A stretch of DNA of 64,000 nucleotides from the human T2T-CHM13v2.0 reference genome, Homo sapiens. A program made the translations under genes and the position numbers. Each line of letters opens with the position of its first letter. Position 1 is the stretch's first letter. The stretch lies in NCBI RefSeq assembly GCF_009914755.1, contig NC_060935.1; one strand, written 5' to 3'. Shown piece after piece: positions 16,251-32,911 of this stretch. The notes beneath the pieces are model-generated. The model was not told where the DNA came from, searched no databases, and saw only the letters and a list, made by a program, of their open reading frames with translations.

Positions 16251-17920
16251 TCTTTGGTGGGGGAGGGCACTTCATGAGGATATAGAACTCTTCCTTATTG
16301 CCTATTACCCGTTTAAAAAAATTAATTTGAGTGGGATTTGGAAGTATCTTTGCTGCAGGATTGCTTGTCTGATAAATTAAGATAGAAGAGCTATTAGACC
16401 TGTGGGAATTAAGAAATGTATCAGCCAGACCTGATCAGTCATTCTCTGACCTCAGAGAGGATTATGATGCTAAGTAGGGGATTGTTTATAAAATAGGACT
16501 TTTAAGCTAATCAGGGAGGAGCCTGTCATATACATAATTAATTAGCATTAAAATATTTTTTTCTGACCTGGGGCAGAGGATATAATGCATATTCCTTGTC
16601 CATGAGGTACTTCTTTAGGGAGGCAGCAGGGTGCCTGCTCTGACATGTGCCTCGGGAGTTTCCTGCCTGAGGTCCTTTATCTCTCCACTTGGCCATCGAG
16701 TTTCATGGTCTCACCTCTCGGTGGCCTCACATTGGCAGCCTCAATTCAAGAAAGAGAAATGTTGTTTTCCTTTGGCTGCTCTGCCACTCCCCCAGCGGGG
16801 ATGGATATCCAGACATCCGCCTCCTTCTGCCCTTATATGGGAGATAACTCTTAGGAAGGAGAAGGAGCTGAGCATGCGTCTGTGCTTTTAGGAAAGCAGT
16901 TTTCTAGCATCCTAGGTTCACACTGCACCCTCCTCCCCGATTTTGTCTCACACTTACCAACTGTGGTCCAGCAAAGTCAGAGGATGGAACATGTCATCCA
17001 TAGCACCTTGTCAGATGAGAAAGTGTTTTCTTGTTTCTCAAAGATGAGCAGCTCTTGCAGGCCGCTTTCTACACTTGGATTCCCATTTCTGTAAGAAGGT
17101 AAATGCTGAGGCCTGAGCAGGCACAAATCTATTCTCCTTGTGAATGACATAGTACACTTGGATGAGAGCTTTTCAAGCAGCTAATTCATGTTGGCCTGGA
17201 AGTCAAGATTGCCTAAGCGGTGAAAGATGAATAAGAAAGTTCTAGAAAGCAATTGCTATTTCGGAATATCACTTCTTGCCACTCCCTACCCCTCCTGCCT
17301 GTTTGGTTATAGATCTATAGATATGGTTAAGCAACTTTCTTTAATTTGATATTTCAATTTAAAAGCTTTAAAATGTTTTCTGTGGTTCTAAGAAGGAAGA
17401 GAATGTATTTCTAGTTGAGGTCATTCCCAGCAAAGCCCCTAAAATACGGACAGTGAGGAGGATGAGACACTAGTCCTCAGGCTGCCTCACTGCTTTTGAC
17501 GTGCCTGGCTACCTCCACCATGCCTGGCTCTTGTTTTTTACTGGATTCTAGGAGGACAAAATGTTAACTCCTGATCGTGGTTGTGAGGATTCGCCTGGGA
17601 GACTTCAGGGGCACATTAAGTGGGTCAGTGAATCCTAGCCACTTTCACTGTTGTCTGGGTGATAGATTTGGAAAGAATTCCTGAGAGGGGGCTGGGCCCG
17701 GAGACCCCTCAGCCCCTGAGATTCTTTCAGTGCTGATGTTCTCAAGGTGCAGTGCAAAGAGAGATGGCTCGAGACTCCTTTTCCCTGTCACATGGAAGCA
17801 CCAGCCTCACATTCCCATCTTGTCTTGTAGATTTGCTGTTTTTTTGGAGATTTAAAATTCCACTTCCCTGAAAAATCTGCATAGTTCCTTCCAAGGCTAG
17901 TAGTTATATCAGAACTTAAG

Positions 17921-18215
17921 GGCCAGGTACGGTGGCCCACGCCTGTAATCCCAGTACAGAGGCTGAGGAGAGAGGATCACTTGAGCCCAGGAGTTTGAGA
18001 CCAGCCTGGGTAACACGGGGAGAACTTGTTCTACAAAATGATTTAAAAATTAGCTTGGCATCATATGCACCTGTAGTCCTAGCTGCTCAGGAGGCTGAGG
18101 CAGGAGATTTGCTCAAGCCCATGAGCTTGAGGCTGCCATGAGTTATGATGGAGCCACTGCACTCCAACCTGGGCAACAGAGTGAGACCCTGTCTCAAAAA
18201 AATAAAACAAAACAA
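17921..18215 (+). mobile_element. AluJ
   Basis: Diverged dimer, gaggatcacttgagcccaggag. Confidence 0.85.
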
Positions 18216-18978
18216 AATCTTAAGAATTGTTGAGAAGATTCTGAGGACAATTTGAAAGTATTGTGTCAGAAATATAAATAACTTTTTGATAGGAATAAAT
18301 CAAGTAAACCCTTACTCCACTATTCCTAGCAGGTCTTTCCCCTTTTGACATATTATCTTCCCCTTGTCATGCTCTAGCTCAATTACTGATATATAACCGC
18401 TCCTCTGCCCAGCCTGGCAATGTACGCCCTCCAGCAACTTTTCCCCTTGAACCACCCCCACCCTGTACTCTCCTTTGTGATCAGCTCAGAGCTGATCTGC
18501 CATGATAACTTGGCTGGTATTGCCTGTATCTGTGAGAGATCAGTGTTTTGGAAATAAAATTTCCTTCTAGCTCCAAAAGCTACTAGACACAGACTGGCAT
18601 CAGTCTTTGAACGTGGGCCCAGGGATGGTGATGGAGGAGGTGGTGGGAGGTAAAACAAAGCAAAACTTGGAGTTCTTTGAATGCTAGATTACCCATCATT
18701 TTGGTAAATCTCTTCTCAATGAATTAGGCTTAAAGGCATCCTTGTTGTGGGAGAGACTTTGTAGGACTAGGTCATTCCTTTATTCAATATTAATTTCATT
18801 CATTCAAAAAGTTAATCATTAAATAAATATTTTATTTTCTGTGGGCCAAGTACTGTGTTACCCATGGAGGAGTAAGATGAATAAGAACATGTCCCTGTTC
18901 TCAGGAATAAATTATGAAAGCTGCTTTCTGAACAACTCTTCATAATAATCGTTTTTCTTCCTTTTTCTTCAATCACAG

Positions 18979-19091
18979 CCTGACTTCACCCAGTCCAATC
19001 CACAGTGCAAAGAGCGAGTCCATTATAACCCAGTCAGAAGAGAAGGCAGATTTTGTGATTATTCCCGCTGAAGGAATAGAGAACAGAACAG
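18979..19091 (+). CDS. DIXDC1: DIXDC1 exon 6 (LTSPSPIHSAKSES...EGIENRT)
   Basis: aatcacag|CCTGAC, ACAG|gtacta; 113 nt. Confidence 0.95.
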
Positions 19092-20580
19092 GTACTATCT
19101 CTACGCCTGCCTGGGCTGGTTCAAGGAACAGTCAGCTTGAAGAATTTAGAGGTCCCCATCACCAATAAGCTCCCTGGCCTTCCCCATCTCCATGGTCTGT
19201 GCGTGCAGGGTCAGCACTAGAGGGCTCTAATGACTTTGAGCCAATTAATGTGGTTATCCTCTTGCAGAATGCCATTTCTGATATCCTAGCTGTCAAAAAT
19301 CTTGCAGCAGCATAGATAGGCCCTTTCTCAGCTGGCTGCCTATGAATTAGGAAATGACTTTGGGGCAGTCAAAAGCCTTACTCAAGTAAACACTTTTATT
19401 ATTCCTATCTTATACAAATAATTGCAGGACTTACATAACTTAAATTGGGACCAGAAATGCATTGTATGAGCTGAGGTGTCTGTGAGGGCACAGAGAATAG
19501 AGAGCAGGTCTATATCAGGCTTGGTATGAAGCTACAGAAAGGACCACAAAGAGTTCCCTTTGTTTAGACTTCCATACTCTGTCTCAGTTGCTCTTTATTT
19601 TTTCTTACATAGAGAGAAAAACATGCAAGAAGCAAAGTGCAAGACTTAGAATTGTATTTACCCACAAGAGTTGTAATGAAACAGAGGCCCTCAGAAGAAA
19701 AACTGGAATTGAATTCTTCTGTATTCTGCTCCCCATCTAACCCTGGCATTAGTACCAAAGAGTCAGTCATGTTACTGAGTCAAAACTCCTGAGGCCTTAG
19801 AGAGAGAGGGAGAGCATTTACTGAGTGCCGCTCTGGGCCAGGCACCAGCAGGCCCTGCACATAAGTTACCTCATTTAATCTTTGCAGCAACCCAGAGGGG
19901 TTATTATATTCGTCTCTTGAATGAAGAAACTCACTGAAAGAGTTTATGCCTTTCTGAATTCTAGAATGCATTTTAAATGGCTGTACATACAATTAGATAG
20001 TATAAAATAGACAAGGAAACCAGAGCAAAGAGACCTTAAAGCTAGGAAAATAAAAGTGATATTAAACAGTTTGTGCAGGTATGTTTTTATTGGTTTGTTT
20101 GCTGTGTGACTCACACAGTATTCTACATGAAAGTGGTCCACTTATGAGTGAGTGCTGAAAGGAATATTGAATTGAAGTCTCCCCTCTAAAGCTTCAGAGT
20201 AACCAGTAAGATTTTGTTTTCATTGCATCTGACAGCTCCTCTTTTTGTACCTGGCAAAGTCAGGCTCTTGGAATGCCAGTTCTAAGAATTAAGGGTGAAG
20301 TCTGTGTGGCGCATACCAAGGCTCCCGTGGAGGGAATCTTAATACTTCCTAAGAGTTTTAAAAGAGGATAGATTGTTCTAGCACCAAGTGAGCCTGAGGC
20401 CTGAGCTCACAGCCAATTCTTTAGGCCTCACAACCCCACCTGGTGGAGAGTCCAGTCTGTGCTATGAGAACAGGTTCAGAACGCAGGTGACCTGAACCTG
20501 TGAACGCTACCCTGTGAACGCTGTCTGCTGGAAATCAGTTTTCTTCAACATGAACTGTACTCCCTCTTTTCATTTTTTAG

Positions 20581-20729
20581 AAGGGACAGATTCTCCATTA
20601 TCTCGAGACTGGCGGCCAGGGAGCCCTGGAACCTATCTGGAGACCTCATGGGAAGAACAGCTGTTGGAACAACAAGAATATTTAGAAAAAGAAATGGAGG
20701 AAGCAAAGAAAATGATATCAGGACTACAG
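20581..20729 (+). CDS. DIXDC1: DIXDC1 exon 7 (EGTDSPLSRDW...KMISGLQ), coiled-coil start
   Basis: ttttttag|AAGGGA, CAG|gtagct; 149 nt. Confidence 0.96.
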
Positions 20730-22509
20730 GTAGCTCTCTCCCTTGTAGTTTGCCCTTGTTATACCAATTGATTATTAAGTCAGTATTATCAATGGAAAAT
20801 AAACTGATTTTAGTTTTCTAGGAGGTCAGAACTGAATGAGGAGTTTAGATATAGGGAATAGCACAGAAAGAGCAGAAAATTCCTTATATTTGAATACTTT
20901 AAATGGACTTTGTGGGCTACCGTTCATAGCACAGCGCTTAAGATTTCAGCAAGCCCAGGAGCCATTACTGACCCTTATCAAGTCCTTATTGTTGACTCTG
21001 TGCTACATAGGTGGGCTTCTACCCTGTATGTGGCTGCAGACCTGCAATTGCAGCTTTCACCAAAGAATGGCACTGTGAATAGTCTGGGATTTTCTTCTAG
21101 GAATTCTCTAGCAGGAAGAGTGTAAGAGCCAGTAATGCTGCCAGGTTTCCATTTGAATTTAGCTAAGGGATTTAGCTCACTCCTAATACATGTGCAAATG
21201 GATGCCAAGGCATAATGGTCAGGTAGAAGAGGTTTACTTTGAGCAACAAAGCCCTTCAGTTTTTCCTATACCTGTAGTGCCAGCTCGGCAAATCTACCCG
21301 AGACTGACCCACTTGACATAGTTCCCACCCTGAGTGACCCCCTCATTCTTGTCTTTGTGTGTCTGTCTCTGTTTGGGGGAGCGCTTATAGTGTGCTGATG
21401 ACCCTGAAATTGCCTAGGAATATTCCTTTCTGTTTGTGCTGGGAACTGCAGTGCTTCTGAATTGTCAAATATTTATGGACACGTAAACAAAGCCCACATT
21501 ATGTGTGTGGCTCTGGCAGCCGGCAGGCGGTGGAGGGCGTGCTCCCAGCTAGCCTGCAACAGGGTGGGGACACAAAAGATTCCTAAAGAAGAAAGGAGAT
21601 TGGTGCTGTGGCAAAGCAATTTGCATAACGTATGCCCCAGGAACTGAGAAGTGTGGGAGGAATGTTGCCTGCGTAAACATTCCCAAAGAAAGTTGTTGGT
21701 TTTCCTTCATTTGCTCTGTATTTTTAAAATGGCTGGCTTATGAGGCCTTTTAGATCTCTTTTCTGCCACTCCATTAACAAATACCTTAATGGAATGTTTT
21801 TGTGTGTGTTTTACTTGCATAGGAAGTATGTCATGGAGAACTTTGAGATTATACCCAACCAGGTTGTTCCCAGGATAATTTGCATTATATGAACATAGAT
21901 ATTCATCAGTTTGGCTCAAAGTTTGTTTGCATTTTCTTAGTCTGGGAGAAATTCGATGGCAGATTAGACAGAAAAAGAAGAGAAATGACAGGCAGAAAGT
22001 CAGCATCTTAATATTTCCTGCAAACAGAAGAGTTTTAATTCACAGCCACATGATCACAATGAGAATTTGGTTCCATTGTAGAATACAAAAGGGCTCACAG
22101 CATCCACTGGGCTTCTTAACTCTTTTCAGTGATTAACAAGTTGCTTGCTAAGCCACATCCAAGATTTCTGACTTATTAGTATTCCTTAGTTAGAACCCTT
22201 TGAACAGTTTGCTGTTATAGTTGATATTTCCATAATGTTGAATGCCCTTAGCTCCCCGCGGCCCTGGCTTCTTATATATGTCTGTACCTGTTGCCATGAC
22301 TGGTGAGATAGCAAAATTCATTTGACTTACTCAAATTTTATTATAAAATGGGGTCACATTTTTCAGTCTTTCACTGACCTGATAGATACTCACCTGCAGG
22401 GACAGATCCAAGTTTTGTGAGTCCTCACATATATAATTTGTGTGTGTGCAGGGGGGCTTCTTAAAGAATAAGATTACAAAATTATGAATATAATAATTAG
22501 GTATAGGCA

Positions 22510-22800
22510 ACGCATGGTGGGCCACACCTGTAACCCCAGCACTTTGGGAGGCTGAGGCGGGTGGATTGCTTGAACTCACAGGTTTGAGACCAGCCTGGGC
22601 AATATGGCAAAACCCTTGTCTTTACTAAAAATACAAAAATTAGCCGGGTGTGGTGGCGCATGCCTCTAATCCCAGCTACTAGGAGGCTGAGACATGAGAC
22701 TTGCTTGAACCCTGGATTGCAGTGAGCCAAAATCGGGCCACCGCACTCCAACCTGGGTGACAAAGTGAGACTCTGTCTCCAAATATTATAATAATAACAA
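22510..22800 (+). mobile_element. Alu
   Basis: Dimer; TSD aataattaggtatagg. Confidence 0.85.
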
Positions 22801-23473
22801 TAATAATTAGGTATAGGACCTTGGGAGAGGCAATGCATGCGGGGGGCCTACAGCTGGAGCTTTCTTAGCTTCATGGTAAATCTGCCTCCCTATTCCACCT
22901 ACGTATATTCTAATGAAAACCACCTGGGTCAGGAGCTGAAATGAATGAGGACATCTCTCTGCAAATGTGTTTTCCTTCTTGTTCAATAGAGGTTGCTTTA
23001 GGGAGTAAAAATGCAGAATCAGTAAAACAAAGAAAAATCAAACAAACCCAAGTGAGTGCTCCAAATGTATTCCAAATAATTCATTATAATACTCATTTCT
23101 AAGCCGTGATGATTCTACACTGCTTTTAGATCATTTTCTCCCTGGTAAAATTGAGTTTGAGCAGCTCCAGTTTGAAATGTGTTGTGTCTCTTTTGAAAAA
23201 AAGGTTTGTTTTTAGATTTTCTTCTGGGGCCAAGGCACCTTGAAGCAGAGCAGTCAGGTGTCCAGAGAGCTGAAAGAGCCAGAGCATGGACCTAACGAAA
23301 GGAACTAGTCCCAGGGTGAGCAATGGGAAGTATCTAAGGAGCAAAAATTACCAACGAAATGTCTTGAGGAGGCTGAGTTGTGATTTTAACTTGGGGTGAG
23401 CTTACCAAGTTCAACTCTGGACTAAGTCATCTGAAGGAGAGTTAAGTTTCTTTCTGCCTTTGTGGTTATTCAG

Positions 23474-23563
23474 GCCTTACTGCTCAATGGATCCTTACCT
23501 GAAGATGAACAGGAGAGGCCCTTGGCCCTCTGTGAACCAGGTGTCAATCCCGAGGAACAACTG
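23474..23563 (+). CDS. DIXDC1: DIXDC1 exon 8 (ALLLNGSLPEDEQ...NPEEQL)
   Basis: attcag|GCC, CTG|gtgagc; 90 nt, phase 0. Confidence 0.95.
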
Positions 23564-23839
23564 GTGAGCTCCATCTTTTGTGATTGGACACTAAATCTGT
23601 ATGTATTTTACTTGTATTTAGCATTTGACACTGCTGTTCATGCCTTCTTGAAATGCTGTCTTCCTTGACCAGTTCTGGTTTTCCTCCTACATTTTTGACC
23701 ATTGTTTCCTTCTTCATTCATTTAATAAACAAATATTTATTGAGTGCTGACTATATGCCAGACCCTATTTCAACATGCTGGAGATATGGTAGTAACAAAA
23801 CAGATCTAAGACCCGACCCTTATGGAGTTTACATTCAAG

Positions 23840-25056
<1,217 letters not shown>

Positions 25057-25111
25057 GGCTCTGTACTTCACAGCATAGGTGCTTAGCCATCTCTGTTTGT
25101 CTTATATTCAG

Positions 25112-25165
25112 ATTATAATCCAAAGTCGTCTGGATCAGAGTATGGAGGAGAATCAGGACTTAAAG
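25112..25165 (+). CDS. DIXDC1: DIXDC1 exon 9 ([18 protein letters not shown])
   Basis: attcag|ATT, AAG|gtatgt; 54 nt, phase 0. Confidence 0.94.
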
Positions 25166-25303
25166 GTATGTCAAGACATGTACATTTTACCCCTTAAAAA
25201 CATTATGGGGGCCAGGCACGGTGGCTCGCGCCTGTAATCCCAGCACTTTGAGAGGCCGAGGCGGGCAGATCACAAGGTCAGGAGATCGAGACCATCCTGG
25301 CTA

Positions 25304-25507
<204 letters not shown>

Positions 25508-25835
25508 TTATGGGACTATTACACAACTTCAAGAGGGAAAGGGATTTCAGAATTGGAATCTTTCCTGTATCTGTATTATGTCTTTACTTGAAAGAGAGAG
25601 ATACATCCCAAATATGTCAGGAAGGTAATAACTTTTTAATCCTGGTGGTAGGTAATAGAATTTCGGTGTCATTATTGGTTGTACCATTCTATATGTTTGA
25701 AATATTTCATGGTTTTTATTCTTTAATTAAAAGAAAAAATGTATCTAATACCAGTACAGTCTTTTTTTATAAATACTTCTCAGAATTCTTTTAGGTCAGT
25801 GATTCCTAGCTTTTCTTTTGGTCATAAGTCTATGA

Positions 25836-26202
<367 letters not shown>

Positions 26203-27246
26203 TGAATTTTTAATAGAGCAACTTTTATTTATTTGTTTTGTTTTGTTTGTTTGTTTTTTGAGACAGAGTCTCACTCTGTCACCCAGGCTGAGTGCCATGG
26301 CACGATCATGGCTAACTGCAGCTTCGACCCCCCAGTCTCAAGCGATCCTCCCACCTCAGCCTCCCTAGTAGCTGGGGCTTCAGGAACACACCACCATACC
26401 TGGCTAATTTTTGTGTTTTTTGTATAGATTGCTCTCGCCTTGTTGCCTAGGCTGGTCTTGAACTCCTGGACCCAAGTGATTCTCCCATCTTGGCCTCCCA
26501 AAGTGCTGGGATTATAGGCATGAACCACTGTGCCCAGCCTAATAGAGCAACTTTTGAGCCCATCTGTGGAGTCCAAGTTACAGATCCCCATTTTAGATAT
26601 GTTAATTGCAAAATCTTGATGTGATACAATAGGAAGAGAAGAGATTGGGGTCTGTGTTATGGTTGTTCCCCTTCTAAAATCTATTTCCTAGTGACAATCG
26701 TATACATATATTTTATCTATTGTAAGGGAATGTTAATTACTCAGTATTTCATTATTAGGCTAAATGTGTTTTTGTTTGGCCCACAAAGAACAATACCCTC
26801 TTGGATCAGAAACACTCCAACCCTTTGCTAAACATTAAAAATAGGGATAATTATTTAATGACATTGGGGGTAGGCATATTTAGATATGATCATATATTCA
26901 GTGAGAAGGATTTAGATTATTATAATTAGGTTTTCCTGTTGGTGAAGATTGCTAAATATAGAAATGAGAGCCTATGGGAATTATGGGGTATCTTCTTTCT
27001 TGGCAACTCTTCTCTACCTGAGCAGTTAAGCCTGGGTGCCAACAGGGAAGAACGGAATGGTTCTCTTCTTGTTTCTGTGGATCAGCCTGTACTGCTCACT
27101 GAACCAGAGCTGTTTTCTGCCTTAGTAGAGGGTTAATTTTTCACGGAATGATCAACTGGGTTTTGTCCTCTTGCCGACAGAATGAGGTAATGCATTCTGA
27201 AGCAACCCAGATGTCACCATCTGATCTAACTATATTTGGTTTGCAG

Positions 27247-27297
27247 AAGGAACTGCTGAAATGTAAACAAGAAGCCAGAAACTTACAGGGGATAAAG
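27247..27297 (+). CDS. DIXDC1: DIXDC1 exon 10 (KELLKCKQEARNLQGIK)
   Basis: ttgcag|AAG, AAG|gtaaaa; 51 nt, phase 0; branch-point-like ctaac at 27226-27230. Confidence 0.94.
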
Positions 27298-27603
27298 GTA
27301 AAAAAGAAGACATTTAATTCTTTAAATAAAGTCTCTGCAATGTAAAGTAGTCTGTTGGTGAGTGGTGAGAGTTGGAATTTTCTGTGGACCTTTAATAGCT
27401 CTGTGCTATTGGTAAAGAAAGGGCTTTGTGGGAGGGAAGTGAGACATGTCGAGGAATATACCTTTGTTTTGCTGAGGCTTATTTCTAGTAGTTATGATTC
27501 ATGTTGCTACCATTTCCATCTGTTCCACCCTGATTGTCTCTATATGTAAAAGAATCCTCTTCAGTGTGAAAGAATGTCCTCTAGGGCCGGGCGCGGTGGC
27601 TCA

Positions 27604-27909
<306 letters not shown>

Positions 27910-27953
27910 TTACTTTGTTTTTGAATAGTTAACTAACATTCAAATCATTTTAA

Positions 27954-28705
<752 letters not shown>

Positions 28706-28967
28706 TAATATACTAGAAATAAAACTTGACACCTTGCTTTTTTTCACTTAGTAGTATATCTTCGAGCTCATTCTATGTCAGTAGTACATAAAGACTTTCC
28801 TAGGTCTTTTTTATGGCTGCATAGTATTCCATTGTATTCCACTGTATACATACATATATATGCTAAATGATTTATTATACATGATAATTTCTAGTCTTTT
28901 GCTAATATAAACAATGATCTAACAGCCTTGAATATATGGTTTTTTTGTGTTGTTTTGTTTTTTCTGA

Positions 28968-29183
<216 letters not shown>

Positions 29184-30656
29184 TGATCCGCCTGCCTTGG
29201 CCTCCAAAAGTGCTGGGATTACAGGTGTGAGCCACCATGCCGAGCCTGAATATATGTTATTTCACCCAAATGGGAGTATATCTGTGCAATAATACCTAGA
29301 AGTAGAAGAGGATGTTTTTAAGTGGCTGCTTTTCCCCTCTTCCTTGCACATCCGTTCATGGGCTAGACTATTCACTCAGCAACATTTTCCAAGGTATATT
29401 CCGTAGGCTTAGTACTTTTGAAACACTTTAAAAAACAAATGTGTTCCACGGTCAGATAAGTTTGAGAAATGCTCTGCTGTCCTGAAGACTCACTGTGAAT
29501 AATAACATGTAAAGGATCTGAAAAGGTCTGTCATAAAGAGGTTGGCCTAAAAATGATTTAGAATTAATAACCACAGAAGTGTCTTTTCTCCCATGTAACA
29601 TCATGTGGCACATTAATGTCCCATGGAGCACATTTTGGGAAATATTCCTTTGAACTACTGATGCCAAGGGCATCTTAGACTTCCTTTACCATGTACTGTC
29701 ATGGCAGAGTGTATAATTAAGAATGGGCTCCCACATTCTTCAGAGTCTGTACCCTTTCTTTGCAGTCTGTAAAGAGAGAAAAGTCAGGACAAATATATTA
29801 GAATGCAGCCCTAGTCCATTAGTTCCATTTGAAGTCACCATGGTTGATGGAATATGTCATAACTGTCCTTATAAGCAAGGATATCCAGCTCACCTTTTGT
29901 TAGGCTTGATAGGAACCAAGAGGGTTCAAGCTGAGGGAAAGAAAGCCTAATGCTATTAAGATCATAGGAAATTGGGAAGAGGGATCATGAATCAAAGAAC
30001 AGTTATGCTCAGTGGAAATATAATTCTAATCCTGGTCCAGACTAGGCATTGGAAGCCATTGGAAGCAGGATAGCAGCAAGGCTCTGGAAGCCAGCATGGG
30101 AGTGATTTCAGGGATTCTTTAACAACAGAGTGGCGGGCATGAATAGGGCCCATCTCTCCAGGAAATGGGGACTGGGCAGAGAGGTAGAAGGAAAAACAGC
30201 TAATCTAGATTGAGTATTTATATGCCCAAGATATAAATGAGAAAGCCCAGGTGGGAGAAAGTAGAGTGCATTGTCCAAGGCTGACATCACAAAAGTAGTA
30301 AGTGGTAGGTTTATAATTTGAATCTACGTCTATCTGATCCCAAAGTCCAGTCTTTCTCTCTCGAATACACCATGCTGTCAGGATTGAGGGTGGGGACAAA
30401 TAGTAAGCAGAGAAAAAAAATCAGGCTTCAGTAAGTTTCATAGAACAGTGGATAGGATTTTGCTCTGGATGCTAGTTTCCTAGAGGGGGACAGAAAAACC
30501 CCTCCTCAGCAACTCGTGGCAAGACCCTTTACCCCATTTGTCTTCCAGTCTGCCATAACGAATGCTGGAAACACATTAAAGGCTTTAGTAATTTGTAATA
30601 ATAACTGGCTGATTGATGAACTGAGACAACAATAATTAGTATGCTTTTTCCCCTAG

Positions 30657-30761
30657 GATGCCTTGCAGCAGAGATTGACTCAGCAGGACACATCTGTTCT
30701 TCAGCTCAAACAAGAGCTACTGAGGGCAAATATGGACAAAGATGAGCTGCACAACCAGAAT
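30657..30761 (+). CDS. DIXDC1: DIXDC1 exon 11 ([10 protein letters not shown]...DELHNQN)
   Basis: ccctag|GAT, AAT|gtgagt; 105 nt. Confidence 0.95.
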
Positions 30762-31192
30762 GTGAGTTAAATGAATGAGCCTTGACCTCAGTGAGCCCCA
30801 TTAGCAGAACAGGCTACTGCACGAAGAACTATTAGACTGGCCATCCTAATCTCTTATCTTGCTTCTGGGATGCCTGCCTTAAGTGTCTGCAGTTATTTTT
30901 ATTCCCCATTAGACTCATCTCTGTTCCTAGGTGAAAGCCCACATCATACTGGGCAGGAAGGTCCTTGATCTCCTCTTCAACTTTGAGGACACTGAGATAC
31001 AGAGGCAAAATTGTGGTTCTACAGTCTAATTACTTCACTAAAAATGTGGAGAGCAGCTGTGTATTTTTACCATCATACCCTCTCTGTGCTGCATACTGTA
31101 ACTGCCAACATTAACTGGTTACTAAGTAGCTGGTTTCCTTGAGGGTTAGCAGGCAGTACCTGCGTGCCATGAATTCTTTCTTATTCTTGCAG

Positions 31193-31246
31193 GTGGATCT
31201 GCAGAGGAAGCTAGATGAGAGGAACCGGCTCTTGGGAGAATATAAA
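31193..31246 (+). CDS. DIXDC1: DIXDC1 exon 12 (VDLQRKLDERNRLLGEYK)
   Basis: ttgcag|GTG, AAA|gtaaga; 54 nt. Confidence 0.95.
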
Positions 31247-31737
31247 GTAAGAATGAATATCAGTTTGGAAATGACTTCCACTGACTTTTCATGAACAGCC
31301 CGTTATTGTTGCTCAAAAAGCACTTAAGTATTCTATTTTCATCCTTTTTGATTTTTTTTTATCCTTGCTTTTTAGAAGGAAGCATTTTTCTGTGTCCCCT
31401 GATGCACTAGCTCTGAAGAATAGATGGCACAGCTAGGAGAAGGAGTACAGGACTAGGGGTCTAGAAACTTCAGTTCTAGTCTTACCTTTATCTCTGACTA
31501 GTATGAATGGCTCATAGTGGTCCTCCTACAAATGCCAGTTCCCTTCTTCATTACTCTTGAAGAATCCTTTGCACTATGTAAGATTATTATGGTGTGTAAA
31601 GTCTTCCTGGTATATTTGAGGAAAGGACTTTTTTTCCTGAGGCTCTACTTTACTTGAGTGGAAGTTACACTGCAGAGGGTGAACTTTTCAGTGTCCCTGG
31701 TTTTGCCGCTCATCTTAAAGCTCTATCTTTATTGCAG

Positions 31738-31830
31738 AAAGAGCTGGGGCAGAAGGATCGCCTTCTTCAGCAGCACCAGGCCAAGTTAGAAGAAGCACTC
31801 CGGAAACTCTCTGATGTCAGTTACCACCAG
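31738..31830 (+). CDS. DIXDC1: DIXDC1 exon 13 (KELGQKDRLL...DVSYHQ)
   Basis: ttgcag|AAA, CAG|gtcaga; 93 nt. Confidence 0.95.
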
Positions 31831-31910
31831 GTCAGAACATATTCAGCCACTGACTTCCCTGCCTCTTTGGCCCAAAGAAATCATTTTCTGATTTAGTGTC
31901 TATTTTGCAG

Positions 31911-31982
31911 GTGGATCTAGAGCGAGAGCTAGAACACAAAGATGTCCTCTTGGCTCACTGTATGAAAAGAGAGGCAGATGAG
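31911..31982 (+). CDS. DIXDC1: DIXDC1 exon 14 (VDLERELEHKDVLLAHCMKREADE)
   Basis: ttgcag|GTG after an 80-nt intron, GAG|gtaacc; 72 nt. Confidence 0.95.
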
Positions 31983-32346
31983 GTAACCTAGACCCCGTGT
32001 TCTCCCTCCCACATTTATGAAGCAAACGGGGAGATTGTGTTTCTGACTCAGAGCTGAACCAAGGCCACAGGCTTGTTTGTTAGGAGGCTCTATGATGAGC
32101 TAGTTAAAAGTGCAGGTTCCAGAATAAGAAAATCTGGTTTCACGTTCCACCTTTATCACTCCTACATTCTGTGGCCTTCAGTTGCTTATCTTCTGAGCCT
32201 TAGAAATAGGGCTTATTTGGAAAATGGAAATAATAGTGATTCAGTCTGTCATTATGAAGAGTATATGAGATAATCCACATAAATAACTAAACACAGTTCT
32301 GTTGGAGCCACTTGGCATAGAGTCAGGCTCAAAAAATATTCACCAT

Positions 32347-32637
<291 letters not shown>

Positions 32638-32911
32638 CATACATATATATATATATTCATACATACATATATATACACTCACACATATATATACATACAC
32701 ACATATACACATATATACATATATATACACACACATATATACATACATATATAACCATACATATATATGTATATGTGTGTATATGTATATGTATGTATAT
32801 ATGTATATGTATGTATGTATGTGTATATTATGTATGTATATGTATGTATGTATATGTATGTGTATATATATGTATGAATATATATATATGTGTGTGTGTA
32901 TATATATATAT
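32638..32911. repeat. (TA/CA)n-(TA/TG)n compound microsatellite
   Basis: About 270 nt of near-continuous alternating purine-pyrimidine. Confidence 0.95.

Noticed and set aside
21811-21831. ttgcatag|GAA|gtatgt, a possible 3-nt microexon in phase-0 intron 7
   Set aside because: Pattern is short enough to arise by chance and the pyrimidine tract is weak; no support without junction reads
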